The position numbers and the translations under genes are program-made. The notes beneath the pieces were generated by a model. The model had not been told where the DNA came from. It saw nothing but the letters and a program-made list of their open reading frames with translations, and did no database searches. Source: Eledone cirrhosa (lineage: Eukaryota). From it: DNA of 64,000 nt. Below are positions 40,709-54,655 of the stretch, one piece after another. The stretch spans positions 52,018,001 through 52,082,000 of the forward strand of contig OZ024740.1 of assembly GCA_964016885.1 (NCBI GenBank), written 5' to 3'. Within the stretch, counting starts at the first letter, position 1, and each line of letters opens with the position of its first letter.

Positions 40709-40715
<7 letters not shown>
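40416..40715. repeat. 300-bp fold-back palindrome of family H4
   Basis: Centre ctcaca-tc-tgtgag at 40559-40572; lies between (TA)n tracts. Confidence 0.92.
40602..40639 (+). ncRNA. Hammerhead with U3-A8 core variant (H4); mirror copy at 40492-40529 (-)
   Basis: ccuu UUGAAAA gcag-aagaa-cugc GAAA ccgg UA aagg; palindrome ACCGGU. Confidence 0.72.
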
Positions 40716-40779
<64 letters not shown>

Positions 40780-40808
40780 CACATATATATTTATATATAT
40801 ATATATAT

Positions 40809-40861
<53 letters not shown>

Positions 40862-40895
40862 TATATATATATATATATACACATATATATTTATA

Positions 40896-40951
<56 letters not shown>

Positions 40952-40973
40952 TATATACACATATATATTTATA

Positions 40974-41715
<742 letters not shown>

Positions 41716-41896
41716 ATAAACATACATATATATACATACATATATACATACATATATATGGTGGCTGCCAACTCGTTTCCGAGTACGGCCACTACTTTAT
41801 ATCCATGTAGGAGAACCCCCTACTGATGCGCTGAACGAGTGTGACTTTTTAGTCCAGCCAGCGACTTGAAAATATATATATATTTATATATATATA

Positions 41897-42004
<108 letters not shown>

Positions 42005-42415
42005 TGTCTATTTGTGTGGTAAGTAAATAGAAGACAGGCAGATGCAGAGGAAGAGAAACAGAAAGAAGTCAGGGAGGGTAGACAAAATGTAGAAATAAGT
42101 TCTTACATAATGGAAACAAAATATTGGATAGTAAACAGTATTTATGATAAAATAAAAAATGTAATTGCAAAATATCATGACTCTTAAATATATTGAAAAA
42201 CATTTCAGTAAAATCTGCTTGTATGTATGAGTTGTACAGGGATAACAATAGTAGAAATGTAATTACAATATATAAGTAGCATCTTAAAGTCATACGTAAA
42301 TGGGTGCAAAAGCTTAATATAATATAATGCATTGTTTAGTTTAACTATTGTCTTTCCTTATCGTTATTGTTCTTGCTATTATCAGCATTATCATCATCAT
42401 AATCTTGGTCGAATG

Positions 42416-42472
<57 letters not shown>

Positions 42473-42536
42473 ATAATAATCCATAATGCACTTAAATATT
42501 TTACTTCTTACCGCATACCACATACGAGTGTGCGTG

Positions 42537-42610
<74 letters not shown>

Positions 42611-42989
42611 ACATACATATATATTATATCGGTGTTACGCAGGAAATAAAGTACTATGCTGGTAGCCAACTTACTAAATGGTAATTCTGCCTGAATTTAT
42701 TCTTAACATATTGCATATATTATTTCTTACGGTAGGAACGAAAAAACAAAAAGGAAACAAAAAACAAACATTTTCGTAACATAAATTATGAAATTCCTTT
42801 TCAATTTATGTTGATAAATAAAAGCATTTAACAACATAATTAGATAAATATACAATACAAAGCCAAATTTTAACTTTATATTATTAATATCTTATAATAG
42901 TGTATTATTGAAGAGATGAGATCGTAAAAAGAGTACTAGTGTATTCGTGGCTAAATGAACTGGAGAAATAATAATTACAATAACTAAAA

Positions 42990-45060
42990 TCCCAAACCAA
43001 AGTGAAATTACTTCTCTGCGAGAACTAGTAGAGGAAATCAAAAACACACAAAATACAAAAGGACAACGACCACAGAAACAAACAAGAAAATAGACACAGC
43101 CAACACATAGTCTCATATCCACATCTAACATTAAATAGGATAAAACCACAATTTAATAGATCCACATGAGGTGGAACTAACTGAAGCAATAAAGAAAAAA
43201 TAGAAAAGAACATCATAAAATTAATGAACAAGAATCAGTGTAAACACCCCCCCCCCCACACTACAGAAATATAAACAACTTTATAAAAGAATAAATATAA
43301 TAGAGCCCTACAAGTATTCATGCACACAACAACAGACTCTAAATATTTACAGACTGTATGACAGTATTTACTCTGTAGCAATAGTGATATCAAATCAAAC
43401 GATATGAATAGAGGGATCCAACATGAAACAAAAGCACCAGCGTAATAGATAAATATAACATAGATGGAAGAGAGGACATATTAAAAGCAAAAGAAAAAAA
43501 TACTCAATCAGAGCATAGAAATAAAAACATACCGCATATTACGCTCTGAGCGCTTCTTCCCGAAAATAAAGAATTTGAGGTATATAGCAAACGATTCTAC
43601 AGGACACATCAGCAATGATTGCACCATGGACATATTCCACCTACCAGAGGAAACCACTGATACATTCAGAGCTGCTAGCAACTGGAAAACATAAGGAGTG
43701 GACATGCTGTCCATATTCTGGCAGACGTACCGCCCCAGTACGCAGGATTTAATGAAATGCTAAGCAAACTGGAAACAATCAATGACTGAGTGCTGGAGGG
43801 GAAAATCCTTCTAATCCCGCAAAAATTACCGTACACCCCCAAATTATAGGTCTATAACATGTTTGCCAACAACATATAAACCCTCACATTAATATTGTAC
43901 AACCGGCAAGTTCCACATCTGGAAAGCAACAATGTACTAACAAAAGAGTTCCAGAAAGAGGTTATATAATTGTAAAGAGCAACTGCTGGTGAACCGGGCT
44001 ATTATGAAAAGTTTTAAAAAGAGGAAAACAAACCTCAGAATGGCTTGAATTGACTAGCAGAAATATTCTGGCAGCATTCAACACTTACGGATATTGAAGT
44101 TAATCCACACAAATAAATTAACCCCAACAAGGCTGAAATTTATCAGTCATACCATGAGGAAATAGAAAATACCCATAACTTTGTAAAATAGGGAAACGGC
44201 CATCAAAACCAATTCAACACCCATAAAAAGATGAATTTCCCAAGGGGCCTAATTCCAACCCTTGCTTTGAGTCTACCAATAAACTTGATGAATGAAACCA
44301 CTATGAGATACAGATTCTATGGACAAAATATAAATCATCTATATATGGATGACTTTAATATATTTATAAGGAACAACTTTGAATAAGAAAACCTCCTAAA
44401 AGTTGCCCATAGCTTCCACAAAGACATAAAGATGAGTACGGGATTAGGCAAATATGTAAAAACTATTCTAAGAAATAAAGCAAATTAATCAGCACTGAGA
44501 ACAGACACTGAATTTTGACACAGACACTGAATTTTGAGCATTAGATCAGAATCACTCATACATAAATCTAGAAATAGACACAACAGCAAAAATACAACAC
44601 AAGTAGATGAAAGAGAAAATTATGAAACAAATACTACAGAAGAGTTTGGCTAATATTAAAAACTGCAATCAATGCTGAAAATAAGATAATACGCTGGCTA
44701 TATCAGTTATAAACTACAGCTTTGAAATAATATACGGGAAGCTAATTTAGAGAGGAAAGCTAGGAAACTACTGAGAGCGTACAGAAGCCACCACACCAAA
44801 GTAGATATAGATATGGCCGGGACGAACGCTTAGAAGCAAATATAGAAAAAAAAGAATACTGATAAATGTAATAAAGAAACATGAAAAAATTTCTCTCTGT
44901 ATAAGGAGACAAAAGTACACTGACAGGAGGAGTTTATATTTCGCAATAAAATAAACACGATGCTGCACACATCTCAGCAACAAAATGGTGCATTGGGTGA
45001 AGCAGTAGAAACTTGCATGAAACTGTCGAAGAAATAACAATTTTATAATAATGATAATAT
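42990..45060 (+). mobile_element. Highly degraded R4/Dong-like LINE
   Basis: NYRSITCLPTTYK, CKEQLLVN, INHLYMDDF and YYRRVWLILKTAINAENK remnants; TAA-rich ends. Confidence 0.75.
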
Positions 45061-45067
45061 TAGTAAC

Positions 45068-45262
45068 CATAATAATTGTTTCTACTTTTGGCACAAGGTC
45101 AGCAATTATCTCAATGTATTACTGGTACTTTATTTTATCGACCCCGTAAGGATGAAAGGCAAAGTTAACCTCGGCAGGATTTGAACTCAGACCATAAAGG
45201 GCAGTAACTCGTCGCTGCAAAGCATGGCGTCCGACCCTCTACCGATACTGCCAATCCACCAT
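45068..45262 (-). mobile_element. SINE family A (minus strand)
   Basis: Reverse complement of the family consensus. Confidence 0.85.
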
Positions 45263-45298
45263 AATAAGGACGATGATACACACGCACAAATATGTATG

Positions 45299-46100
45299 TA
45301 CTAGCAGTAGTACCCAGCGTTGCCTGGGTAGGTAAAATATTATCTGCTTTGATGAAAAGGTGTTGATCTTAGCGACTGCTTCTCGATAACATCTATGGCC
45401 ACACACAGGCTATGCGGGGGAGTGTGGTGATGACCTCTATCACTGAGAAACGCGGGTGACTGACGAAGGGGCATGCTGGGGGAGGGAGTTTCGAATTTGA
45501 ACGAAACCGGTTGAAAAATGTGGGAGCTAGAGCCGAAAAGGCGGAAATTTGAGCGAAAAGGTGGTATTTTCGAATATTTAAACGGCTGCCACGCCGTTCC
45601 TGAACAAAAAGTCCAAAATATAAAGCCCCTTTAAGACGTGAAATAATCAGATCTAACGTAGTGTAAAATTTGAACAAAGTAGGTTGATTAATGTGGGAGC
45701 TAAAGCCGAAAAAGTGGAAATTTGAGTCTAAAAGTGGTATTTTTGAATATTTAAGCGGCTGCCACGCCGTCCCTGAACAACAAATGCAAAATATAAAGCC
45801 ATTACAGGATGTGCAATGATAAATTCTATTTTGCTTTAAAATTTGAACGAAATCGGTGGCAAATGTGGGAGCTAGAGCCAAAAATCTTATTTTTCGATAC
45901 CTAAAAAAAGTGACCCCCTATCGATTTTTATCTGCAGAATGGCCCCGGAATAAAAAAAAAACGATACGCTGATATATAGAAAACACTACCCGATGACTAA
46001 TCTATGAGCCTGTAAAGTTTCATGAAAATCGGTCGTAAGATGTAGACCCCTATAGGTAATACACAGACACACATACATACTTAATTTTATATATACAGAT
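45299..46100 (+). mobile_element. Non-autonomous Helentron-type (HINE/DINE-like) element with internal ~173-bp tandem
   Basis: Starts tactagcag..acccagcgttgcctggg; ends aagtttcatgaaaatcgg...cacatacatac..ttttatatatacagat; repeat units begin at ~45494, ~45668 and ~45840. Confidence 0.7.
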
Positions 46101-47099
46101 GTGTTTGTATGTTAGTGTAGCAATGTATATGAATCAGGTTGGAAAGCTATAAAACTATGATGCTTGTAGTTTGAGAATATTCAAAATATCTTGAGTTTCG
46201 TTCCAAGCAGGGGAAAATACCGAAAACTGTCAATCTTAAATTTCTCAATACTTTGATTACTTAGCAGGAAGCGAGTATATATTTTTAAGTACACGAGGGG
46301 ATGTATACTGTATGAGGTTTGAAGGTCATCTTTGCATGTTGTATTGCCGATGTTGTTATTGATTGATGACGAAATCGTATGAGAGTCGTAGAAAGAAACA
46401 TTACGAAGATCGAATAGTAAGGAAATGTGATAGAAATGATAAAGATGCTAAAGACGAGAGAGACGAGAAAAAAATGATAGATAGAAAGAATGAATGATGA
46501 AAAATAAAAATAAAAGAAGAGATAATGTTGTTTATGTGCATAATGTGTGTGGGTGAGAATCGGCTGTTAATTTAAAATTAGAAGTTTGCCGGCTTTTATG
46601 TTATTCTCATCCAATTCAAGAAGAAAAAAAGAAAGATCGTAGATTGATCAATACTTTTCTATGCAAAGAGCTTAGTTGTTGAAAATATAAATAATACTGT
46701 GTTTTCTCATAATCAATCAAAACGATTGTCCAACGAGGAGTAAACTTCGGGTAATTCGAAACTGTTAGTAACAGAATATTATTATCTTTATTATTTATAG
46801 TTTGAGAAATACGTTGTACTTTTGATTTCTTAAAAAGAACTGAGCATCCTTTGGAAACCATGTATTGAAATGTTCCGAGATTCCCTGACAATATTTACAG
46901 ATTCTAGTATTGCTGTTTTGTGGAAATATTTATGTATTTCCAGTTAATGTATTTACAGAAATGGTTATATATCCTTCAAATTGTATCAGTTACCAATATG
47001 ATGATAGATGCATTCCTTAATATTTATAATTCAGCAGCTTAGTCGGTTGTGAAATTATAAAACCAGAAGAACATACATACATACATATATACATATAGA

Positions 47100-48830
47100 T
47101 AGACAGGCAGACAATGAACCAACTTGTTAGATTTGATTAGAAAATGCTCAGGCTACATGTTAAAGATCTGCGGAAGAGAAAACATTGATGTCACCCACAT
47201 CGTTTTCATCGATGATCTTAAGCTGCATTCAGGTAATTTTCCCAACACTAGGAGATCGCTAAAGCTGGTCATTGCGTTATTATTGGATATATGAATAATT
47301 TTTACCAGGATAAATTCTCATATTTGGTTGTCAACCACACAATAAATATATATATCTTTAGCCTGCCTAGCTCTCTTGTCTCCAATAACGAATGCTACAA
47401 GATTTTAGAATTGATGAGAATATTGAATAGATTAGGAAACCAATTTTGAAAAGTAGGAAGGTCAGAACCGTTCGCATGTTAATACCAACATTTGGGATAT
47501 TAGACTGGACACTTGAGGTGCGCAATTTAGACATTTAAACTAGGAAGATACTCGTCAATACTGGTAACTTTCACATTAATAGTGACAGTGACAGGATATA
47601 TGGAGACAGGTCCAAGTATAGTCCAAATACTTTTTGAGTGTCACATGGTATCCCTCTGATAACATTTATTGAACAATTAAAGGTAAAAAGGAGTACATCA
47701 CATTATAAGTAGTCAGCTGTGACAAGAATAACGTCTCAAGAGCAGGGGAATAACTTTTGAACTGGTACTTTGAGTATACAACTGTTTCTTGTGTAGCTGG
47801 ACTCATATAGTTAAATAGAAATTTGAAGAAGCACTCATCATACCAACATAGTGTTAATAATAGAAATATCACAAAATAGCAAGATAGAGTGTTAGCAATA
47901 GAAATATCACAAAATAGCAAGATAGAGTGTTAGCAATAGAAATATCACAAAATAGCAAGATAGAGTGTTAGCAATAGAAATATCACAAAATAGCAAGATA
48001 GAGTGTTAGCAATAGAAATATCACAAAATAGCAAGATAGAGTGTTAGCAATAGAAATATCACAAAATAGCAAGATAGAGTGTTAGCAATAGAAATATCAC
48101 AAAATAGCAAGATAGAAGGTACCAACAGCATTAATTGGAGGAGTAGCCTCTTCTGGACCTGTGGCACTTACATAACATCTTACCCAGGAGGATACATCTT
48201 AGCTATTCAGAAAGAAATTAGATACTAAATACCTCATCAACAATAGAAGTAAAGATACCTCCAAACTCCTGTTGTGATAGAAAATGTTATCTGTTCCATA
48301 CCAGTGAGGAAAATATGATTTATATTATTAACTGCTGTCCAAAAATGTCTGCAAAGTATAATTTTCTCACGCGACACAATATAGTTGCAAAAACTATTTA
48401 CTCTGCTATCCGTAGGGAGGGTTGCTCTGGCGGCCACGTTAAAAGTACGACAAAAACAAGTGTGCATCCATAACTTTAAAAATAAGGAATACTGATGTAA
48501 CATTACAATTTAAACAGTAACCCAGTGCAAATACAACAAACCTGATATAGTTCTATGGGATAGAGAACAAAAGTCATTTACTATTGCTGGGGGTCAGGTT
48601 GAAGAAATAGAAAATTACGTAAGTTAGTGCGGTAATTACCTCTCTTGTCTCGTGACTATAGATTTTAACTTGTCTCCTTGACAGTAGGTACACTTGACTA
48701 TGTTTTTACAACATATTTGTACAAAAGCCTGGAAACGCAGGATTTGTCCACTCATAACATAAGTGGAATTGCATACAACTACAACTCAAACTGAATTCTG
48801 CAAAGAGATCGAATAAAGCTCAAAGAAACA
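47100..48830 (+). mobile_element. Degraded R4/Dong-like LINE 3' half
   Basis: THIVFIDDLKL, PTFGILDWT, CPKMS...RHNIVAK and NKPDIVLWDRE remnants. Confidence 0.7.
47850..48116. repeat. 38-bp minisatellite x7
   Basis: Unit tagagtgttagcaatagaaatatcacaaaatagcaaga, near-perfect copies with no spacers. Confidence 0.95.
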
Positions 48831-48894
48831 CAATCAAACAGACACACACACACACACACATACACAAGCCCACATACACACACACACACACGTG

Positions 48895-48966
<72 letters not shown>

Positions 48967-49639
48967 TATACACACACACGCATAAACATATATATATATA
49001 TAATAAATAGAAACAACACAGTGGACAGCATGAGTTAATGGATGTCGCATTGGTTTCGCCGAATGAGGATTGGCCACGAGTTACTGGATTGCGTTTGAAT
49101 ATAGATCTCCTCGACTGTCGGTAAACAACAACAACAATAACCACAGTTGCAATACTATTAACAACAATAACAACAGCATCAACAACAGCAGAAAAACATC
49201 TCCTTGTTTTGTAAAGGTAATAATATTTTGCATGTGTGTGATATCAATGTTTCTGTTATATAACTGAAAGAAATCAATGATATAATCTGTAAATAAAAAA
49301 CAATACCTCCAGAATTTATTGTTTTGTATATTATTTGTTATAGGAAAGACATTGACTGCACTAAGTGACCCTAGCTCATTAACCTTCATATGTAAGTAAT
49401 CTTGAATCTCATATTGAGTATTTGAAAACCTATAATCAAACAATCATTAAATTATTTATTAAATGGACTCCTCGTAATTAGAAGCATCAAGTATTGATTA
49501 GTTAATCCACTTGATTTAGGTATAAGTGGAAATAGGATTTGTGATCGAGCTTTCATTTGTGATCAAACTTCATGCAATAACCGGGTGTCCTGGATAGAAT
49601 GGAATGGAATAAAAATCCATCAATTTTGACGATAGATAT

Positions 49640-49900
49640 TCCGGTTCGATTAACGGAACAGCCTGTTCATGATAATAACGTGATTGTGACTGAGTATTAC
49701 ACTTACACTACTACCCGTAACGTAATTCAATGAGATATTTTGCGTGATATAATGAATAACAAGGCTGCCATTTGAATTATGGGCGCAGAATATTCGACGG
49801 GCTTTCAAACAATTTCTTTCTACCCAATTTCATCCTGAAAGTTTGGCCGAGACTATTGTAAATATCGCTTAAAGTGCTATGAATTTGAATCAAAACCTTG
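49640..49900 (-). mobile_element. SINE family C (diverged)
   Basis: Homologous to 7540-7680 plus 7880-7980. Confidence 0.5.
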
Positions 49901-49948
49901 CTGTGTCCTGAATAGAATGACATTGCCCATAACACTTCAGTATACATT

Positions 49949-50126
49949 AGGCAGTATCGGTAGAGTGTCAGACACCATGCTTTGCAGCACAGAGTTACGG
50001 CCCTTTATGTTCTGAGTTCAAATCCCACCGAGGTTAACTTTGCCTTTCATCCTTACGGGGTCGATAAAATAATGCACTGGGGGTAATTGCTGGCCTTGTG
50101 CCAAAAGTAGAACCAATTAATTATTA
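49949..50126 (+). mobile_element. SINE family A
   Basis: A/B boxes and central domain. Confidence 0.85.
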
Positions 50127-50191
50127 ACCCAGCGTAAAACACATTAAACGGGTGTAAGAAATTTCTTCTTGGATAAAATGACACTCTAACA

Positions 50192-50481
50192 CAGGCATGG
50201 GCAACCTTTTTCGAGAAGCTGGCCGCATGAGATATGGCTCATCAGCAGGCGGGCCGCAAACGCTAATTTACATTCGTGCCTACATTAAAAAAAGGGCGGT
50301 AACACGGGTTGTTTTGATTTGTTTCTTCAGAATTCGTACACATTGTTTTCCTCGATCGTAAAAATGATAGAAAGATTAATTACGACTGAAAAGTTGGGGT
50401 AAAAAAATCAGAAAGATTTTACTTAGGTGACTTAAGCAAGCCATTCAGAAAGCTTAGCAGGCCGCAGGTTCGCTATGACTG
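50192..50481. mobile_element. hAT (Charlie-like) MITE
   Basis: TIRs caggcatgggcaacct / aggttcgctatgactg; 8-bp TSD ctctaaca at 50184-50191 and 50482-50489. Confidence 0.85.
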
Positions 50482-50745
50482 CTCTAACACAAACAGGTCA
50501 TAACATTTCAATATACATTATCTGACTACGGGTTTATGTCTAAGTTTGACATCGATATTAAACAGATCCAAAGATAGTAATGGATTGGCAGAATCGGTAG
50601 TGTTGAGAGGTGAGGAGGGTTGCTAAATAGCAGGCAAGATAAACAAGACCGGTCAAAAGGATGGCTGGATCTAGCTTAAGGTCAATAAATATATAGCAAT
50701 ATGGCGCAGAAACATAACATCTTCGAGCGTGTTGTAAGACTTTTG

Positions 50746-50855
50746 GGTAATGATAGACACCTCGTTCTTGCCACTCAAAAATTTCAAATAAAAAATTTAA
50801 TATGTTACGGAATCCGCTGGTTACTCCTGATTTTGTAGGTATTTATATATATGTG

Positions 50856-50924
<69 letters not shown>

Positions 50925-51017
50925 CCTACAAAATCAGGAGTAACCAGCGGATTCCGTAACATATTAAATTTTATTTGAAATTTTTGAGTGGCAAGAACGA
51001 GGTGTCTATCATTACCC
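50746..51017. repeat. Inverted repeat (~95-bp arms) centred on (TA)n
   Basis: gggtaatgatagacac...tttgtaggta / tacctacaaa...gtgtctatcattaccc. Confidence 0.9.
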
Positions 51018-51168
51018 TGGACTAAATTGCATTTAGTCCAGAATTAGCCGTCGAAACGGCTTGAGCTCAGCCGTCAGGGTCCTACTCGTTCCTATTATCC
51101 ACTCTACTACCCTAAGTATTGGGTACTTTGGTGCCTTATGGCCCACCTGGTTCCTTACCACATTTCTT

Positions 51169-51203
<35 letters not shown>

Positions 51204-51523
51204 CTATCTCTTTCGTTTTAATCAGAAGAGAAAGGGTAACACACATGCCATTTTCAGAGCATCCACGTCTGGTGGGATGAAGGGTAGAAGCTACTCTTAG
51301 ACTGGAGACCTGACCTAAATGCTGGCAAGACAGTGGACTTGCGCTAAAGTTACCCTAGAACCAAGTGATGGTGTTTCACCAAAGAACAAGAAGGGTAATT
51401 TCACTTAACAAATTTCATTTATAACGTTTTCGTTGATTTGAGGCCAAGGAGGATGAAACACTTGTTCAAGTTACTGCGCGGTGTCTAAATCGAAACAATA
51501 TAATTGCGAAGCGGATCTCTTAA

Positions 51524-51739
51524 CCCTTTAGCATTTAAACCAGCCATATCCGGCCAGAATTCTCTCACCTTTTTATGTTCAAACCGGCTGTAACCGGACA
51601 CTCATAGTGATGTTAAGGTATTGTTCTCAAAATAAATAATAACAAAATCTCATAGGTTCGATATTATGTGAGATAATTATGTGAGCTAAAGCCTTTACGG
51701 TGAAAATATAATAGTAAATATAGAGTAAATGCTAAAGGG
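51524..51739. mobile_element. piggyBac-type MITE inserted in a SINE head
   Basis: Perfect 14-bp TIR ccctttagcattta; TTAA on both sides (51520-51523 and 51740-51743). Confidence 0.85.
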
Positions 51740-51806
51740 TTAACCACACAGCCTCCACTGCATATTTAGAAGAATTTCGATATACCTCTGTTGTAGTTTT
51801 GGGAAA

Positions 51807-51888
51807 TTTCTCTAAAGTGCAGCATATTCAAGCTTTCTCTAAAGTACAGCATATTCAGGCTTTCTCTAAAGTACAGCATATTCAGGCT
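51807..51888. repeat. 27-bp tandem repeat x3
   Basis: Unit tttctctaaagtacagcatattcaggc. Confidence 0.85.
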
Positions 51889-52064
51889 TCGAGGAGAATA
51901 ATTAAATAAAAAAACAAAACAAGCGTAGAATTTATTTTTTATTCCATAATGTAGGTCTTATAATATAAATGGGTACCTTAATGTAGGTGTGTACGATAAT
52001 TATAGCAATGTACCGTAATATAAATGGGTACCATAATGTAAGTGGGTGCCGTAATGAAAGTAAG

Positions 52065-52283
52065 GTAAAGACCCCTTTCGGTTATGAATGGCCATGGAGT
52101 TTGAACCCAGAAAGTTCCCCTCCGAGGCACAAGTCTGGGCGAGGTTGGGTGATGTCGCAACTCATTTTTACAGCTGAGTGAACTGGAACAACGTGAAATA
52201 AAGTGTCTTGCTCAAGAACACAATGCAAAGCTCGGTCCGAGAATCGAACTCACAGCCTCACGATTGTAAGCCCAATACTACCC
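52065..52283 (-). mobile_element. SINE family B
   Basis: Reverse complement of the 21826-22153 head and tgtgttcttgagcaagacacttta. Confidence 0.75.
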
Positions 52284-53054
52284 TAATATAGGGTATGTAT
52301 GTATTTACATGTAGGTTGGTATCGATAACACCCGACTAAGCCAGTTTTTAACTGGAGTTCCATTTCACGTTTTAGTTATATTGTTTAATCTGTTAATGAA
52401 ACTTGGTCAGGCAGGAGTATTACGAATAACATTTTAAAACCTTGTATACTTGGACAAGAGATGGGCACTGCCAAGCATTTCTAAGATCCACTGAACTGTC
52501 ATGATAGACACGCGGTCAAACGTCTTGAGTGGGACTCCAATGATTGTCTGCACCAGTTACCGGAACTTTAATGTTTAAAGCCAGTAGAAGTTGAAGCCAG
52601 TAGAAGTTGATGAATAGTGCAAGTCACACTAGATCATGCTAAACCATACAAACCGTACACTCCTTATACACGTGTATTAGAAGAAAATGTGACATTTTTA
52701 AAGATTAAATATAAAATAAAAATGAGAAGAGATTAACCTATTCGATCAATACTTCATCCTGAAAATAATCCTGTACTCGTTCAGTAAACATGTACAAGCT
52801 ACTGCCACTTCTAGCAGGATTTAATGTTAATCTAAAGCAAATCCTCTCTGAATTCCCACTAAAATCGTTTCCTTCAAAGTTCACAACGCACGAGCCCTTT
52901 TTAAAAATTTTATTTTACTTTTCACCACTAAGAAACTAATGCTTTTGGGATGTTGGTGTAAGCAATTGTACATATTTTTTTGTTGCCATATTTGTGTTAG
53001 AAGGCTATAATGTTTTGTGTTAAATACATATCTATATTATGTCACTCCCCACAC

Positions 53055-53168
<114 letters not shown>

Positions 53169-53174
53169 CAAGGA

Positions 53175-53257
53175 GTCCGACGAGCCGCAGATTACAGAGT
53201 CGGGTAAGATTGATACAGATTGAACCTTGAGCTGATCAGTGGCGAAACGCGTGTCAC
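53175..53257 (+). ncRNA. Degenerate hammerhead (H7)
   Basis: CCGACGA gccgcagauua...ugaucaguggc GAAA cgcgug UC; U4 is mutated and stem I is only ~2 bp. Confidence 0.45.
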
Positions 53258-53411
53258 CAACCAATAAATGCAATGAAGGAGTAACCAATCGTCCTTGTTA
53301 TCTTTTCACTATAATACACTCTGTCTAGCTCTACACCTCGACACTAAAGTGAACCTAAACATCGAGTGCTCACCCGGGTGAACCTACTGTAAATCCAAGT
53401 TACACTCCATG

Positions 53412-53492
<81 letters not shown>

Positions 53493-54288
53493 CAATCTAT
53501 CTATTTATCTATCGGTATCTGTATATGTATATATGTGCGTGTGTATGTTTATGCACATTTCTGCATGTAAGTGCTAGTTTGAATGTCACTGTCTTGTACA
53601 CACCCACTTCCACTGCCTCAGAGATGCGTGATGTATATTTCCAATATCTCCAGTTCTTTTAGCGTTGTTGTTGCCCCAGTTCTGCTCTGTAGACCTATGA
53701 TCAAAAGAAGTCACATCCATGACCACCCTGTTTATTTTGATTGGTTTTTACAATCAGTGTTGTTTTCTTTTTAAAGATAGTGACATCTAATTAAAGGGAG
53801 ATTAGGTTTATCTTTCTAATGACTACTTACGGGCTCAATGTCATTAGCTATCATTTCTACATGGTGAAATGGCCACGTAAGGGCTTATTGTCATTAGCTC
53901 CTGACATCAACCGCCAAGTTAATTTGATTGTGGCGTGTGCTGAAGGTGATGAGCTCTATAGTAGAATAATTGGGAGAAGTGATCACCTGTTTCTTGGTCC
54001 CAATAGCTGACTAAAAAGCAGAAGATCGCCTCCCTTTCTCTGTCATTAAACAGTAGTGATAGAGAGGATGACCAAAAACTAGAGTGGTGGACAACAAGCA
54101 GCCTTAGCTCCGACCCCGTGAAAGGTCATAATGTCTGTCTCGTCTTCAGTCCCAGAGGCCGTAAACAGTACCTATCCTTTCCCATTACCCCCCATCATCT
54201 CGTGACAATGGGAACGCAATGTTGTCAGAGGAGAAAAAAAAGTATCAAATACGCAAACATAGCTTTGTTATAGTAGTACTTATTAGGT

Positions 54289-54479
54289 TGGTGGATTGGC
54301 AGTATCGGTAGAAAGTCGGACACCATGCTTTGCAGCATAGAGTTACGGCCATTTACGGTCTGACTTCAAATCCCGCCGAGGTTAACTTTGCCTTTCATCC
54401 TTACGGGTTCGATAAAATAAAGTACCAGTAATGCATTGGGATAATTGATGGCCTTGTGCCAAAAGTAGAAACAATTATT
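54289..54479 (+). mobile_element. SINE family A
   Basis: Full copy. Confidence 0.85.
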
Positions 54480-54571
54480 TTGAGAGCTCATGATGGAGAA
54501 ACTTTGTATCTTTAAAGAGAAGGGGAAAGGGGCGTAAAACGTGGTTGTATTTGATAGTGAGTCAACTGCCA

Positions 54572-54655
<84 letters not shown>

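Noticed and set aside
47850-48116. CRISPR-like array
   Set aside because: Contiguous tandem units with no unique spacers, in a eukaryotic context.
49081-49443. 120-aa minus-strand ORF or possible small exon
   Set aside because: No motif; partly (CAA)n-derived.
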